This document shows, in pieces, positions 62,626 through 64,000 of a stretch of 64,000 nucleotides of DNA. The translations under genes were made by a program, and so were the position numbers. Position 1 is the first letter of the stretch, and every line of letters starts with the position of its first letter. The stretch is from Gracilinanus agilis (lineage: Eukaryota). Location of the stretch: assembly GCF_016433145.1 (NCBI RefSeq), contig NC_058132.1, forward strand, positions 501,795,343 through 501,859,342, read 5' to 3'. The notes under the pieces are model-generated. The model did not search any database. It was given only the letters and a program-made list of their open reading frames with translations, and was not told the DNA's origin.

Positions 62626-62908
62626 TTTCTATCTCACCCAGGCTGTAATTGCAGTGACCACATACTAGCCTGATCTCAATACTGACTGTCAGAGAATTTT
62701 TCTAACCTTATCTGGTTCACCCTTTCTTAGGAATCCTGGTGGCCTTCCTGCGGATTCCTGGGAACTCACTCTATTGGTACTGGATTTAATGTGATTACAT
62801 GATCACTTTTAGTCTTACTATGTCTTAAAGTTCCTGAACTTGAGCAATCTGGTGGCCTCACTCCCCAGCAGAAGGGACTCCTACAATCACATGCCACTAT
62901 ACCCAGGC
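62625..62908 (-). pseudogene. Degenerate 7SL (SRP RNA)-derived retrocopy (P7SL_MD-like)
   Basis: Collinear blocks with antisense 7SL: cccaggctg..gcagtg, ggttcacc..cttagg..cctggtgg, gttcctgaacttgagcaatc, gggact..catgccact..acccaggc. Confidence 0.78.
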
Positions 62909-64000
62909 AGACTTGTAATTTCAGAGGTGCAAGGAACTCTTCCTGTGGAAACTTTCTTCGCTGATGCCTATTTGAAATAAGTGAATCTGGCTTAATGTGG
63001 AGATATTTGCCCTGCTTAATTAGCACTAACTTATTGAGAACTGGCTGCTCTGCCTGTGCTTGGCGTCGTATTAGAAGCTATGATATTCCTGGGGACAGAT
63101 GTCACTGGGTGGTGAAAAATCCAGGTATGGTTCAACATTGGTGACGGGGGAATTCAATGGCAAATTTTTATTAAGCAGAGAAACTGTTGGGTACATTTGA
63201 AACTTGTTTCTGCTGATTTGTTAATTTTCTTCCCTGTCATCTCTGTCTTTTATGCTGAGCGACGAGTGCAGTCAGAAAGGAAACATGACATATGGTAAAG
63301 GTTTGAAAATAGAGAAAGGCCTGTTTGTAAGCACAACAAAGAGAGCCATGAGCCACAAACCCAGAGAAAGTAAACACATGCTGGTGCTGTTCAAAGACTG
63401 GCCCTTCAAAGGAATTGTGCTACAAATGGAAGGCAAACAAGAACAAGAACCCTCTGATAACTCTTCACCCAATTCCAGAAACCGAGGGATTTCAAGTGAA
63501 GGTGACCAAGGTTAGAACGATCCCTTGTAACCTCTTGAATCTGGTTTCAATAAAGGTGAGCAAATGGCTTTTATGTGATTGTTTGAGGCAGACAAGAAGA
63601 AGAAAAATCCTCAAAATCACGGATTCCAGTTTAAATGAGATATTTATTAGATGAACTCAGCCTCCAATGGCAGATAATAACACCCCATTTAGCAACATTA
63701 TCAGTCCCAGATGGAAACAACTAGGATATTAGTAGTAATTTAATAATGAGGAACAGTGGGCTTATAAATTTCAACCTTCAGAATCTGAAGATGTTAGGAA
63801 GGCTAATGGAGCCCAGAGCTTCATGTAAGGTACAGATTTCCTTTTGCTTAGCGATGATTCTTATTATCATGAATTAAATTATAATTATGAAGTTGCTAGG
63901 AATCTTTTTTTCTCTTGAAATTTCTTCTATATTTCTGAGAAGTGAAACCTCAAAAACCCTGGGCAGAAAATATGTCTTCATTTTCAAAAACTGGAAAATT

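Noticed and set aside
63252-63515. 87-aa ORF MLSDECSQKGNMTYGK...
   Set aside because: No recognisable homology or splice support; more likely non-coding.

Overview
Marsupial genomic DNA, very likely Monodelphis domestica: it carries opossum SINE1-type and MAR1-type SINEs, marsupial L1/RTE, and a 7SL-derived element. It is AT-rich, CpG-poor and repeat-dense, with four N gaps and two single Ns. I recognise no protein-coding gene. The long ORFs in the track are L1/RTE/L2 remnants, simple repeats or unrecognised. The main host feature is a CpG island at ~16.06-17.08 kb with a strong minus-strand splice donor at 16254/16253, a consensus NF-kB site and two TTC-N4-GAA STAT-type sites. This looks like the promoter and first exon of an unidentified, possibly cytokine-inducible gene running leftwards. 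The most unusual structures are (1) a ~1.4-kb nested palindrome built from a rearranged RTE reverse-transcriptase fragment (47.1-48.5 kb), (2) a ~250-bp near-identical inverted repeat pair bracketing 3 kb (59.0-62.5 kb; may be an assembly artefact) and (3) a five-unit compound minisatellite with dimeric higher-order structure (60.5-61.1 kb). Several nested insertions with intact target-site duplications give a local transposon chronology. I cannot support a claim of a new biological system from sequence alone. Repeat family names come from recalled consensus sequences, and identities are by-eye estimates.
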